From the IMG/VR virus record IMGVR_UViG_3300021373_000885: 64,000 nucleotides of DNA. One strand, given 5' to 3'. The position numbers and the translations under genes are program-made. Below are positions 7,717-17,495 of the stretch, piece after piece. The DNA comes from an uncultured virus (IMG/VR IMGVR_UViG_3300021373_000885). Lineage: Duplodnaviria; Heunggongvirae; Uroviricota; Caudoviricetes. Numbering within the stretch: the first letter of the stretch is position 1; each line of letters starts with the position of its first letter. The notes beneath the pieces were generated by a model. The model was not told the DNA's origin, made no database searches, and saw only the letters and a list, made by a program, of their open reading frames with translations.

Positions 7717-10524
7717 ATGAACACAGAAGTATTTCTGAATAAAGTATTGGGGAGCCAAGGATACTACTGTTTATTTGCATACAAACTAGGTGACGATAAG
7801 TTAACTCAAAAGTTCTATAAAACCGTACCAGAACTAGCGGATGCGGCAAAAGGCTTAGATGCTAAAGGATACAATGCATACTATGGGTTAGCTACTTTCA
7901 AGGAGTCAAACTCTAGAAAGGTCACCAATGTAAATGAATTGAAGTCTTTCTTCTTAGATTTAGACTGCGGGGAATCCAAAGACTACCCTAGTCAAAGCGA
8001 CGCACTCAAAGATCTACGTAGGTTCTGTAAAGAATTACGTTTACCTAAACCTTTACTAGTTAACTCTGGTAGGGGGGTACATGTATATTGGATATTAGAT
8101 GAGGCAATATCGGTAGACGAATGGGTTCCTATAGCGGAACGTTTTAAGAAGTTATGTAAAGAAAAAAACTTGTTGGCTGATCCTGCGGTAACAGCAGATG
8201 CGGCACGTGTGCTACGTATACCTGACACACACAACCATAAGTCAAACCCGCCTACAGAAGTTGGGTACTTTGGTACATATATACCTGAACCCATAAGCGT
8301 GGAGAAATTTTCTAACCTGATTGGTATGGATTTGATACCAGTCCCCAAGAAACTTGAACCTTTACCTGCTAGCGCAGTTATGGAAACGCTGATGGGTAAC
8401 AAACAATTTAAGTTTAAGGATATTATTACTAGAGAATCTAGCTGTGCGCAGTTGGTTGACATAGTAAAAAACCAAGAAGAGTGTAGCGAACCAATATGGA
8501 GGGCTGGGCTATCCATAGCTAAGTTTTGTTCTGATGGGCAGAAAGCGGCACACGTGATGTCCAAGAACCACCCTGAGTATTCAGCAGAGGAGACACAGGA
8601 TAAGTTTGATAAGATCAAAGGCCCTTACCTATGTTCTCATTTTGATGAATTTAAACCCGATGTATGTACAAAATGTCCTCATTGGGGGAAGATAAAATCG
8701 CCTATTACTTTAGGTGGTAGTGTCAAGCAAGCGTCTAAAGAAGATAATATAGTAGAAGCTCCTGCGTTGGATTTACCTAACACCCCAACCACTACCTATG
8801 TTATTCCGACCTATCCAAAGCCCTACATACGTGGCGCAAATGGTGGTGTATATATACGTACCACAGACGAAGAGGGCGACCCAACAGAAGACCTTATATA
8901 CCATAACGACATTTACATAGTTAACCGTATTGTAGATGTAGAACTTGGTGAGGTTGTAGTGCTACGTTTGCACCTGCCTCAAGATGGTGTACGTGAATTT
9001 ACAGTCCCACTTACAGCAATAACTTCAAGAGAAGAATTTAGAAAACAAATGTCCATGCAGGGCGTGGCAGTAACAAAGATGGATAAACTTATGACATACA
9101 TGACTACTTGGATTAACGAGTTGCAAGCTACTACAAAAGCGGACAAGGCTCGTATTCAGTTTGGTTGGACGGATGACACACATCAGTCCTTTGTTGCAGG
9201 TAATCAAGAAATAACAGCTACAGGTGTTAAGGCTAATCCACCATCAAAGGCTACAGCAGGTTTGATGAACGCATTTAAACCTAAAGGTTCTTTGGAAGCG
9301 TGGAAGGAAATGGCTAACTTCTATGATCGTGACGGGTTTGAACTACACCAATATATAGTAGCTACGGCTTTCGGCTCACCCCTGATGGCCCTAATGCCTG
9401 TCGCGTGTTCAGGGTTACATGTTCACAGTAAAGATCACGGGCTTGGTAAAACTACAGCCATGTACGTAGCGGCTTCTGTTTGGGGAGACCCTGAGCAGTT
9501 AGTAGTTAACGCGGTAGACACGCAAAATTCTCTTATGTTACGTGGTGAGGTATATAAGAACCTACCTTTCTACATTGATGAGTTAACCAATGGTGAAGGT
9601 AAAGAACTATCTAACTTAGTGTACCAACTATCTGGTGGTAAACAGCGTAACAGGATGTCAGGCAATTCTAATACAGAGAGGGTGCGTGGAGAACCTTGGA
9701 GTCTATTAGCTGTGTCTACAGGTAATACAAGTGTCATAGAAACAATTAGCACATTCAAGAACGCCCCGAAGGCCGAAGCGGCTCGCCTACTAGAAACAAA
9801 AGCGGTCAAACTGTTTGATGAAACAAAAACTAAACACCTTACAGATAAGCACCAAGCTAATTCTAAAAGCATTTTTGGGCATGCAGGCGTGCTTTACATG
9901 CAACATATCATGCAGAATATGGATAGAGTAAAGGCTCTATTAAAGGAAATACAGCATAAGGTAGATACTGGAGCGCAGTTAACAGCGCAAGATAGGTATT
10001 GGTCAGTAGGTGCTACTGTTAACATAGCAGGGTTCTTATTAGCGCGAGAGATAGGACTACTTAACTACGATAAAGAAGGGTTCTTTAGATACGCCTTACG
10101 TTTGTTAGAGGAGAACAGGAACTCCGCCAATGACATGATCTCCTCTACATCAGATGTACTTAATGACTTTGTACATGAGCATTGGGGTAGCATACTAAAA
10201 ATTAAAAGCACTGATGACTTACGTAAAGGCCACGACAATGGTATGGATGACTTGGTAATACCTGAGTTTGATCCACGTGTAAGGTTAGTTGGTAGGTATG
10301 AGACTGATGTTAAGAAGTTGTACATAGTACCCAAGGTGTTGAAGTCTTGGTGTGCGCATCAGCAAATAAACTATAGTTCTCTAATACAAGACTTCAAAGA
10401 AAACTTTAACGGCAGGACAATGAAGATACGCTTAACAAAAGGCACCCCTACTCAGATGCCCCCATCACATGTTTTGTGTATTGATTGCTCTAATGTTGAA
10501 CTAGAAGAAGATGCTGAAACTTGA
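7717..10524 (+). CDS. primase-helicase fusion (AEP/RepB-like primase plus DUF927 helicase)
   Basis: FFLDLDCG, NSGRGVHVYW, ARVLRIPDTHNHK; Cys cluster CSHF..CTKCPH; Walker A GLGKTT and Walker B FYIDE. Confidence 0.88.
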   Translation: MNTEVFLNKVLGSQGYYCLFAYKLGDDKLTQKFYKTVPELADAAKGLDAKGYNAYYGLATFKESNSRKVTNVNELKSFFLDLDCGESKDYPSQSDALKDLRRFCKELRLPKPLLVNSGRGVHVYWILDEAISVDEWVPIAERFKKLCKEKNLLADPAVTADAARVLRIPDTHNHKSNPPTEVGYFGTYIPEPISVEKFSNLIGMDLIPVPKKLEPLPASAVMETLMGNKQFKFKDIITRESSCAQLVDIVKNQEECSEPIWRAGLSIAKFCSDGQKAAHVMSKNHPEYSAEETQDKFDKIKGPYLCSHFDEFKPDVCTKCPHWGKIKSPITLGGSVKQASKEDNIVEAPALDLPNTPTTTYVIPTYPKPYIRGANGGVYIRTTDEEGDPTEDLIYHNDIYIVNRIVDVELGEVVVLRLHLPQDGVREFTVPLTAITSREEFRKQMSMQGVAVTKMDKLMTYMTTWINELQATTKADKARIQFGWTDDTHQSFVAGNQEITATGVKANPPSKATAGLMNAFKPKGSLEAWKEMANFYDRDGFELHQYIVATAFGSPLMALMPVACSGLHVHSKDHGLGKTTAMYVAASVWGDPEQLVVNAVDTQNSLMLRGEVYKNLPFYIDELTNGEGKELSNLVYQLSGGKQRNRMSGNSNTERVRGEPWSLLAVSTGNTSVIETISTFKNAPKAEAARLLETKAVKLFDETKTKHLTDKHQANSKSIFGHAGVLYMQHIMQNMDRVKALLKEIQHKVDTGAQLTAQDRYWSVGATVNIAGFLLAREIGLLNYDKEGFFRYALRLLEENRNSANDMISSTSDVLNDFVHEHWGSILKIKSTDDLRKGHDNGMDDLVIPEFDPRVRLVGRYETDVKKLYIVPKVLKSWCAHQQINYSSLIQDFKENFNGRTMKIRLTKGTPTQMPPSHVLCIDCSNVELEEDAET

Positions 10525-10726
10525 TGATATAGCACCTGATGGCGTACGTATTGTTGTACGTTGGGATAAGATGGGCGTTGGAGCGTCAGTCTTTGTGCCA
10601 TGCATCAATGCTCGTAAAGCACGAGAACAAGTTAACGTGATATTCAAAAGAAAGGGCTGGAAATACAAAGCCCTAACCACCATAGAGAGTAACAAGTTAG
10701 GTGTACGTTTTTGGAGGATCGTGTGA
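10511..10726 (+). CDS. hypothetical small basic protein
   Basis: ORF track; overlaps the primase stop; GASVFVPC...GVRFWRI. Confidence 0.7.
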   Translation: MLKLDDIAPDGVRIVVRWDKMGVGASVFVPCINARKAREQVNVIFKRKGWKYKALTTIESNKLGVRFWRIV

Positions 10727-10778
10727 TATTATAGGACAAGAAGTGGCTCATCCCCTAGTCACTTCTTTAACTCCCTTC

Positions 10779-10816
10779 ACTCCCCTTTGTTCCGAGGCAT
10801 TGGGGAGTTTTTTTTA
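10779..10816 (+). terminator. rho-independent terminator at the convergence of the replication and structural arms
   Basis: ACTCCCC...GGGGAGT stem followed by a T run. Confidence 0.7.
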
Positions 10817-13800
10817 GAACTGCTTATATTCTTTATTACTTAGATCAATAGCGTATTGCATTAGTGGTGATATAGTCACGCCTTTATACATCTCCGCACT
10901 TGTTTTAACATGTGCTTTCATAGATCTAATTATAGACTCTGGAGTGATAGCAACGTTAGGGTGTTTCTTGTTGAATTTCTCTATGTCTTGTCTGACAGCC
11001 GCTAGTTCCATGTAATCAGAGAACCTCAAAGCCAGATAGTATTTTCTAAGTAATTTACGTTGTTCGCCTGTAACTGCCTTATCCACGCGCTTGTTCCTAG
11101 AGTTCTGTTCAACTTGGAACGTATAATCTAGCGGGGCAAAACCGAAGGCTTTATATATTACTTCAGCGCCAGAAATGTCTTCGTATATATAATCACCCCT
11201 ACGTGTCGCAACTCCTTCATCTTTGTAGTATCTTGCCGCCTGTAGCAAGTTTCCAAGGCCCCCCGGAGTTATAGCTTCAAAGCCTCTATATGTTTCACCT
11301 TCGGCAAAGTCTTGCATACCTCTAAATATACGCTTACCTGTACTTAATGCCGGCCCACCAAGATAGTAACCGGCCATTTCTTCTACGCTAGGATCACGCA
11401 TGAACCTATTTTCTTGGAATAGTAAGTCTGTAAGTTTAACCCTAGCAGCTACATCGGAACCTAGAATTTCGGATAATACGCCTTTGAACCCAAGCTCCCC
11501 TATAAACTTACGTACCACCTCATCTGCGGTGTCTTCATCATCTTCCGCAAACAAGTCATATATCATTGAGACTAAGCCGTATATAGGTATACCACCTACA
11601 CCCGCAAACAATACCGCACTAAGGTGTATGCCCATCAACTGTCTTCTAGCTATCTTTCTCTGTTCCTTGTTACCTTTAAATACTAAGTTTGTAGCAGTAA
11701 GAGCTGATTTAATCATATTGTAGTACATCTGCAGGCCGTAGCCCTTATACATGAAGGCTACCCTACCAAAATTTTGTTTTGACACTGGTGCGGCTGTTTC
11801 TAATCTACCTCCTGCGTTCACAACTTGGGTTTGGTATAGCGCTTCTTCTGCCGCCATTTCTTGTATTTGAGTGTCACTAAGAGAACTAACGTTTATTTTT
11901 TGCCCTTGTATAGTACTAAAGTATAACTCACCACTTTCTTTAGCTTTGTTTATATCTTGCATGGTTAGGTCATAGGTAAACAGTAACGTAGACTGAGTAT
12001 TAAATCGCTCTGCTACCCCGAAAACATAAGCGGACAAATGCGAAATCTTATCTAAGAACCCTGCACGTTCATTAATGCCTAATTCCTGCAGGGTATTCCA
12101 CTTGGGTAGCTTGCCGCGCAGGTGCGCCATTTTTACTAAGGGTATTATGTTAGTTAGTTCTTCGATACGAGAGTCTGCTTCTTGTTTTGTGGCTGAGTTC
12201 TCACGTATGCTTTTTTTCATGTCTTCTTTCAGGGTGTATGTAGCGCCTAAACCTTCCCCGTTTACATCGTAGTACCCCATCAGACTGTTGTTTGTGGAGC
12301 CCATCATTTTTATAGCTTTAACTACTGCCGCCACAGTATTGTCAAACCCGTAACGTGGGGCTAGGTATGGTATGGCGAACAAAGGTATCTGAGTCATGTT
12401 CACAAGAGCAGACGATATGTTAAAGCCAAGAGTATATGTAAAGGCCATTTGGTTCGCTCTTTTAAAATATTCTTCTATGCCTTTAAACATGGCGCCTTGG
12501 GTGGCAAACTTAGCATGACTGTTTATGAGGGTATCAGCTATGACTGTAGCATACGGGTTGTTAGCCTCGTCCTTAGCCTGCCTTATGTCTTTCACGGTCG
12601 ATCGTATGCTAGCGGCACTTTCTATCTTAGCTGACTGAGATGCTAAAGAATAACCCTTTGACTCCATAGCAACTCTAGCGTCTTGAATATACCCGAAAGT
12701 ACCTAACCGTTGTGTTAGAGATCTAGCATAAGATGTTTCTGGCAAAGCGTTTACATACAACTGTAACACATCTTCCTGTATAGACTTATCTACTTTACCT
12801 TTTTGCATTACTTCTAATATGTCCGCAACAAAAGACCCGCTAGGCGCATCTTTATATACGCTTCTCATTTCTACATCAGTGTCATACGCTTTGATGGAGT
12901 CGTTTAAAATTTTAGGGTTGTCTTTAGCGTCCTCTATAAACGCGTCTCTTTCTGATATATTTTCAAACATCAAGAAACCTTTTTCTAAGGCTTCGGGCCT
13001 ATTATCAGGGTTAAACTTAAAAGCAACCTTAAACTTACCTTGCCTTACTAGGGGGAAGTAAACACTTAGTTCTTCTCGGGAAAATAGAACCCTATCTATT
13101 TTCTTGGCTACAGCCGCAAGTGCTTCTGGATCTGAATCCTTACCTAGAGAACCAAGTTCTATCTTTAATGCTTTGCGTAGGCGCGACCACAGTCTTTTGT
13201 ATTGATCTCTCATTTCAGTGAATTGCTCTAGCACCGCATTCCTAGCATCGGAGTCGAGCGCGTCTAACTGTTCTTGTTGGTTGTCCCACACTTCAGCCAA
13301 GTCGTTGCCGTCTATAAATTCACCTTCATAGTCGCTCCTAGGCTTTGTCGGATCTACTTGGTGTATAGTAGCCCCATAATCGTAGTTATATATGATACGA
13401 TCTAGTGTCTCCTTAGCATCTACCCCATACTCAGCAGTAAAATCGTCGTAGTCCTCAAGAACCTTTCCTACTCCTTGGGAATATTGCTCAAGCAAACCTT
13501 GTTGGTTGTCTACGTCTACTAACAATTGTTGTCCTGTATCTCCCAAACCCACAGTATCTAACTTAGCTAAGTCTGAAAGGGCCTGTAAGTTAATTATCTT
13601 AGTAATAAGTTTGACAGTGCTTACTTTAGGTCTAAAGTTTTTAAAGTAATCAGAAATACCCTTGGCGAAAGTCTTACTTTTTATCCTTACATTGTCTGGG
13701 GCCATAGCTCTACGTATACTTTTTACTAGTAGGCTTGGTTCTAACTCTAGTCTAGTTATGGCCTCTGGAGTTGGCGCCATTATGCGTGCGACGGTGTCGT

Positions 13801-16800
13801 CAAATACATCTAAGTTTATAGTCTCGCTTCTATCAACTGGCTTAGTGTCCAGACCAACAAAACTTCTTAATATGTTGGCAACGTGTCGCATGAACATGAC
13901 AAACGCGTTCGCTTCATTTATCTTCATACCAGACAAATGCGACCTAAACCGTGGGTTACTCATTGCTTCAGCTACGAACTCAAATACGTTTTCCGCGCCG
14001 TACGCTGTACCTAATTTATCTTTCGCATCTTCATATAAGCGATTTAAAAACTTAACTGCGGGCTTAGTAGGGTTATTGTGTAGAACCATGTCAACTGCCG
14101 CGTGGGTAGCTTCATGCATCACAGTATGTATTGTTAGCGGGACGTCTTCGTTGAAGGCTATTGTATTTTCTCTATGGAAAAACACCCCTGCTATTACACC
14201 ATCAACTTCCTCGCCAGAATAATCTTTGTCTCTAGCATTTATTTCTTTGGTGTTTAAGAACTGTACTTTTGTACTACCCATGTTGTCTGCGAGAGCACGG
14301 GCAATACTTTTTAGTTGAGGGGCCTTAGCCTGACTAGCTATCTCTTGTAACACACCTTTCAAGTCTCCTTTAAGCAGTAACAGATTCATTTTCTCTGTCA
14401 AAGGAGTTTCTAATGCGTTTATAAGTTGTTCGTTTGTAATGAAGGGGCTAGGTTGTTTTTGCCCTGCTTCGATGACTTCCGATTCAGTAGCCTCTTTTAA
14501 TAAGTACTTCTCTCCATACTTGTTATAAGCACGTATGACATCTACTCTTGTTATACCTTTTTTACCAACAAACTTTTTGTACGCCTTCTCTAAGCCACGT
14601 TTCCTAGCCGACTTATCAGCTTCTTTTTTACTTAGCTGGCCTTTTTCTACCTTGGTTTTTTCTAGGCTTTTAACCGATGCCTCAGTCTCAACGGCGTCTG
14701 ATATTGCTTTAGCCACCGCGCCATCTAACGCTTCTAAACTAGTTTCTGGACTATCAGTCTTTTCTGCTAAGGTCTTTAAGCGTTGGTAAGTTCTAGCATT
14801 TCTAACGTTTGTTTTGGGGTTGTTTAGAGCGTTAGTGAACTTTTCAGTAGCCTGTATAGTGGCCTTCTGTTCCGGACTTAGTTTTTGTTTACCGGCCTCT
14901 TCCTCAGCTTCCCTACTCTGTCTCGCTTCTGCTGCTGCAGCCATACGTTCTTGTCTACGCTTAACTGCGTCAGGGTCTTTTTTAGTTGCCCTAGCTTCTC
15001 TAACCAGTCTTTCTTTAGTTAGGTCTGCCTGAGTCTTATCCTTTTCTTGCTCTTGTTTAATCTTGGCAGAAAACTCTTCCCTACGTTTAGCTAGCTGTAG
15101 TTTAGTTTCTTTACTCAAGTTTTTGTTAGCCCACTGTAAAACTTTCTTAGCATTTCTTATACCAAGATGTTGCACGTAGGGTTTCATATTGTCTTTGTCA
15201 GAATATAAGCTAAGCAGGTTACCTAGTTCTTTTGCTTTAGGCGTCTTCATTTGCGTGCCGCCTTCAGCCACTTCATACACGGCGGTATATAACGCATCCA
15301 TAGGGTTGTCAAAACTAGCTATATATTTAGCCACAGCGTTTATATCAGATAAGGTGCTTTTCTGCCCTCTTACCAATTTTTGATCTTCCGCCAGCAGCTT
15401 TCTTTCTTCGGCAGTACGCTGTCTTTCGGGCTTTCTCAACACCTTTTTAGCTTCTTGCGACAACCTACCAATGTCTTTTGCCGGTTTCATACCTGCTAAC
15501 ATCTGCATAGATACAATATCTTTCTGTAGCTCGGCGTGAGAAGTTATTAATTTAGAACCGCTTTCTTTATAACGGAGCTTGTCGGTTTCAGGATTTATGT
15601 TAGGTACGGTGTCATCAGCATCGAGCTCTCTTTGTACCGCTCGCGCTGGCTTTTTAACTTTTTTACTTTCAGTTTTTGACTTAGATTGTTCTTTGAATCT
15701 TTTTTGTACTTGCTCTAGACTTACTTTTTCTCCGGGCTTAAACCCTAAAGATTTTAATGTAAAAGTTGGCTCTGCTTCTCGTCCATCAGATCTTCCAGTG
15801 TCACGCTCACTATCATCCAATCCTCTTTCGACAGCTCTTCCAGACTCCTCGGCACCATCAGCACGCTCGTCTCCCACGACTCGTGCACTACCCTGAATGC
15901 TGTCTCCAGTTGTTTCTGTGTCAGGTGCTCTAGTAGCTTGCTTTCCAACATCACCTTTCTCCTTTATTTCAGCTTCTAATGTACTAACATCTGAGTCGGA
16001 AGGCAATAATTCTTGTTCTTTTCTTTGGGTACGCAGTAGTCCTTTAAGGCGCGTATTCTCTTCATTAGTAGTCTTAGAGTCTCTATACCCTTCAGTAGCA
16101 AGAGCGTCTTCAAACTTGTTTTTTATTACATTAAAATCGCCAGAAGTATCTTCATCTAGCACGGAATCCATTATAGTTCTACGGCCCATGATAGTTTTCG
16201 TTTGCTGCCCAACGTCACGCTTACGATCTATTATTCCTGCCTTTCTTTCACGTGTTTCTTCGTCTTTAGCTTCTTGTTGTTTAGCTACTGTTTCTTGTTT
16301 TTTATCGTCTGCTATAGCTTCGTCTATAGTAATTTGCCTATCACGCTCTTCTTGCTCTTTAGCTTCTTCCTTTTCTTTTTCTTCGCGGGTTTCTTCAGCA
16401 AGAAGCATGTCAAACTCTACTTCGTCTGGGTCTTCTAAACGTTTTCTCTCCGCTTCATTTTTGCGCTGTTCTTCATCGAGCGCTGCTATCTCTGCATCGT
16501 CGAGTTCATCTGAGAACATGTCCAGCTGAGTATCACCACGTTCCGTCCGGGCACGCTCTTGTCTAGCGTCAAATTCTTCTTGTGTCTCGTCGCTATGGCG
16601 TTCGCCTACGCGTATCTTACCTTTGTTGCCTCTATCTTTACCTGTCTTAGGTACTAGTAGGTCAACTACACCTTGGAATACAGCACCTGCGCCCCCGCCA
16701 ATAGCACCTTCTTCCACCACTCCCATTTCAAACATAACTTGTTCTGGGTTGTAGCCCGCTTCGTTTAGGTTTTGTAAGATGGCAGCCGTGGCTTCCTGTG

Positions 16801-17485
16801 CGCCTTCAGCTACCCCAGTGGCAGCCATGCGTTGAAGTTTGTTTCGTATACCTTTAGTTGTTTCCGGGGTAACTTTGCCAGACAACTTATCAAGAAACTT
16901 AGGTAGTCCGGGAATCTTTAATGCGCCCGCTAACCGCCCAAGAGGTACAAGTTCTGTAGCACCGATAGCAGCACCACGTAAGCTAGCTGCGCCTCTTTCT
17001 TCTTCAGTAGCGCCATAGTCTCTAGCGCGTTCAGATGCCTCACCAGCACCAGCACCTAAAGCAATAACACCTGCAGCAGGTAGTGCAGCCTTGCCAAGCA
17101 AAGCAGTGGGTACAAACGCACCAAGCGAGCCTACGCCAGATGATAATTTATATGTTAGGGAGTCTTTGTCACCGCCTTCAGGCTTAAACTTATCTGCAAA
17201 GTCTTTTATCTTTTTGCGAGACTTCAGCTCTGCCTCTTCTTCTTGCATAGTAGCAAGACCCAAGGCGGCGGTTTCTAGTGTGCCTACAAAACCAGAAGCT
17301 AGACCTGTACCTAGGTTTCCAAAGAACCCAGCGTCTTCAGCTTCCTCTGGAGATAGTCCATACTTAGCAGAAACTTCTGCCCGTTGAAGCTCTTTAAAAG
17401 CATCAAACAGTCTTTGGGCGGCTGCGTCGTCACCTGCCAACTTAGCATTTTTAGAGGCTTGTAAAAGCTCTTGAGATGTAGGCAT
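10814..17485 (-). CDS. large internal virion / polyvalent protein (2223 aa) with a zincin-like metallopeptidase motif
   Basis: TVMHEATHA (HExxH) followed by FEFVAEAMSNPRF; Gly/Ala-rich hydrophobic N-terminus, charged coiled coil and helical C-terminus; last gene of the virion arm. Confidence 0.75.
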   Translation of the reverse strand: MPTSQELLQASKNAKLAGDDAAAQRLFDAFKELQRAEVSAKYGLSPEEAEDAGFFGNLGTGLASGFVGTLETAALGLATMQEEEAELKSRKKIKDFADKFKPEGGDKDSLTYKLSSGVGSLGAFVPTALLGKAALPAAGVIALGAGAGEASERARDYGATEEERGAASLRGAAIGATELVPLGRLAGALKIPGLPKFLDKLSGKVTPETTKGIRNKLQRMAATGVAEGAQEATAAILQNLNEAGYNPEQVMFEMGVVEEGAIGGGAGAVFQGVVDLLVPKTGKDRGNKGKIRVGERHSDETQEEFDARQERARTERGDTQLDMFSDELDDAEIAALDEEQRKNEAERKRLEDPDEVEFDMLLAEETREEKEKEEAKEQEERDRQITIDEAIADDKKQETVAKQQEAKDEETRERKAGIIDRKRDVGQQTKTIMGRRTIMDSVLDEDTSGDFNVIKNKFEDALATEGYRDSKTTNEENTRLKGLLRTQRKEQELLPSDSDVSTLEAEIKEKGDVGKQATRAPDTETTGDSIQGSARVVGDERADGAEESGRAVERGLDDSERDTGRSDGREAEPTFTLKSLGFKPGEKVSLEQVQKRFKEQSKSKTESKKVKKPARAVQRELDADDTVPNINPETDKLRYKESGSKLITSHAELQKDIVSMQMLAGMKPAKDIGRLSQEAKKVLRKPERQRTAEERKLLAEDQKLVRGQKSTLSDINAVAKYIASFDNPMDALYTAVYEVAEGGTQMKTPKAKELGNLLSLYSDKDNMKPYVQHLGIRNAKKVLQWANKNLSKETKLQLAKRREEFSAKIKQEQEKDKTQADLTKERLVREARATKKDPDAVKRRQERMAAAAEARQSREAEEEAGKQKLSPEQKATIQATEKFTNALNNPKTNVRNARTYQRLKTLAEKTDSPETSLEALDGAVAKAISDAVETEASVKSLEKTKVEKGQLSKKEADKSARKRGLEKAYKKFVGKKGITRVDVIRAYNKYGEKYLLKEATESEVIEAGQKQPSPFITNEQLINALETPLTEKMNLLLLKGDLKGVLQEIASQAKAPQLKSIARALADNMGSTKVQFLNTKEINARDKDYSGEEVDGVIAGVFFHRENTIAFNEDVPLTIHTVMHEATHAAVDMVLHNNPTKPAVKFLNRLYEDAKDKLGTAYGAENVFEFVAEAMSNPRFRSHLSGMKINEANAFVMFMRHVANILRSFVGLDTKPVDRSETINLDVFDDTVARIMAPTPEAITRLELEPSLLVKSIRRAMAPDNVRIKSKTFAKGISDYFKNFRPKVSTVKLITKIINLQALSDLAKLDTVGLGDTGQQLLVDVDNQQGLLEQYSQGVGKVLEDYDDFTAEYGVDAKETLDRIIYNYDYGATIHQVDPTKPRSDYEGEFIDGNDLAEVWDNQQEQLDALDSDARNAVLEQFTEMRDQYKRLWSRLRKALKIELGSLGKDSDPEALAAVAKKIDRVLFSREELSVYFPLVRQGKFKVAFKFNPDNRPEALEKGFLMFENISERDAFIEDAKDNPKILNDSIKAYDTDVEMRSVYKDAPSGSFVADILEVMQKGKVDKSIQEDVLQLYVNALPETSYARSLTQRLGTFGYIQDARVAMESKGYSLASQSAKIESAASIRSTVKDIRQAKDEANNPYATVIADTLINSHAKFATQGAMFKGIEEYFKRANQMAFTYTLGFNISSALVNMTQIPLFAIPYLAPRYGFDNTVAAVVKAIKMMGSTNNSLMGYYDVNGEGLGATYTLKEDMKKSIRENSATKQEADSRIEELTNIIPLVKMAHLRGKLPKWNTLQELGINERAGFLDKISHLSAYVFGVAERFNTQSTLLFTYDLTMQDINKAKESGELYFSTIQGQKINVSSLSDTQIQEMAAEEALYQTQVVNAGGRLETAAPVSKQNFGRVAFMYKGYGLQMYYNMIKSALTATNLVFKGNKEQRKIARRQLMGIHLSAVLFAGVGGIPIYGLVSMIYDLFAEDDEDTADEVVRKFIGELGFKGVLSEILGSDVAARVKLTDLLFQENRFMRDPSVEEMAGYYLGGPALSTGKRIFRGMQDFAEGETYRGFEAITPGGLGNLLQAARYYKDEGVATRRGDYIYEDISGAEVIYKAFGFAPLDYTFQVEQNSRNKRVDKAVTGEQRKLLRKYYLALRFSDYMELAAVRQDIEKFNKKHPNVAITPESIIRSMKAHVKTSAEMYKGVTISPLMQYAIDLSNKEYKQF

Positions 17486-17495
17486 CTAAGTACCC

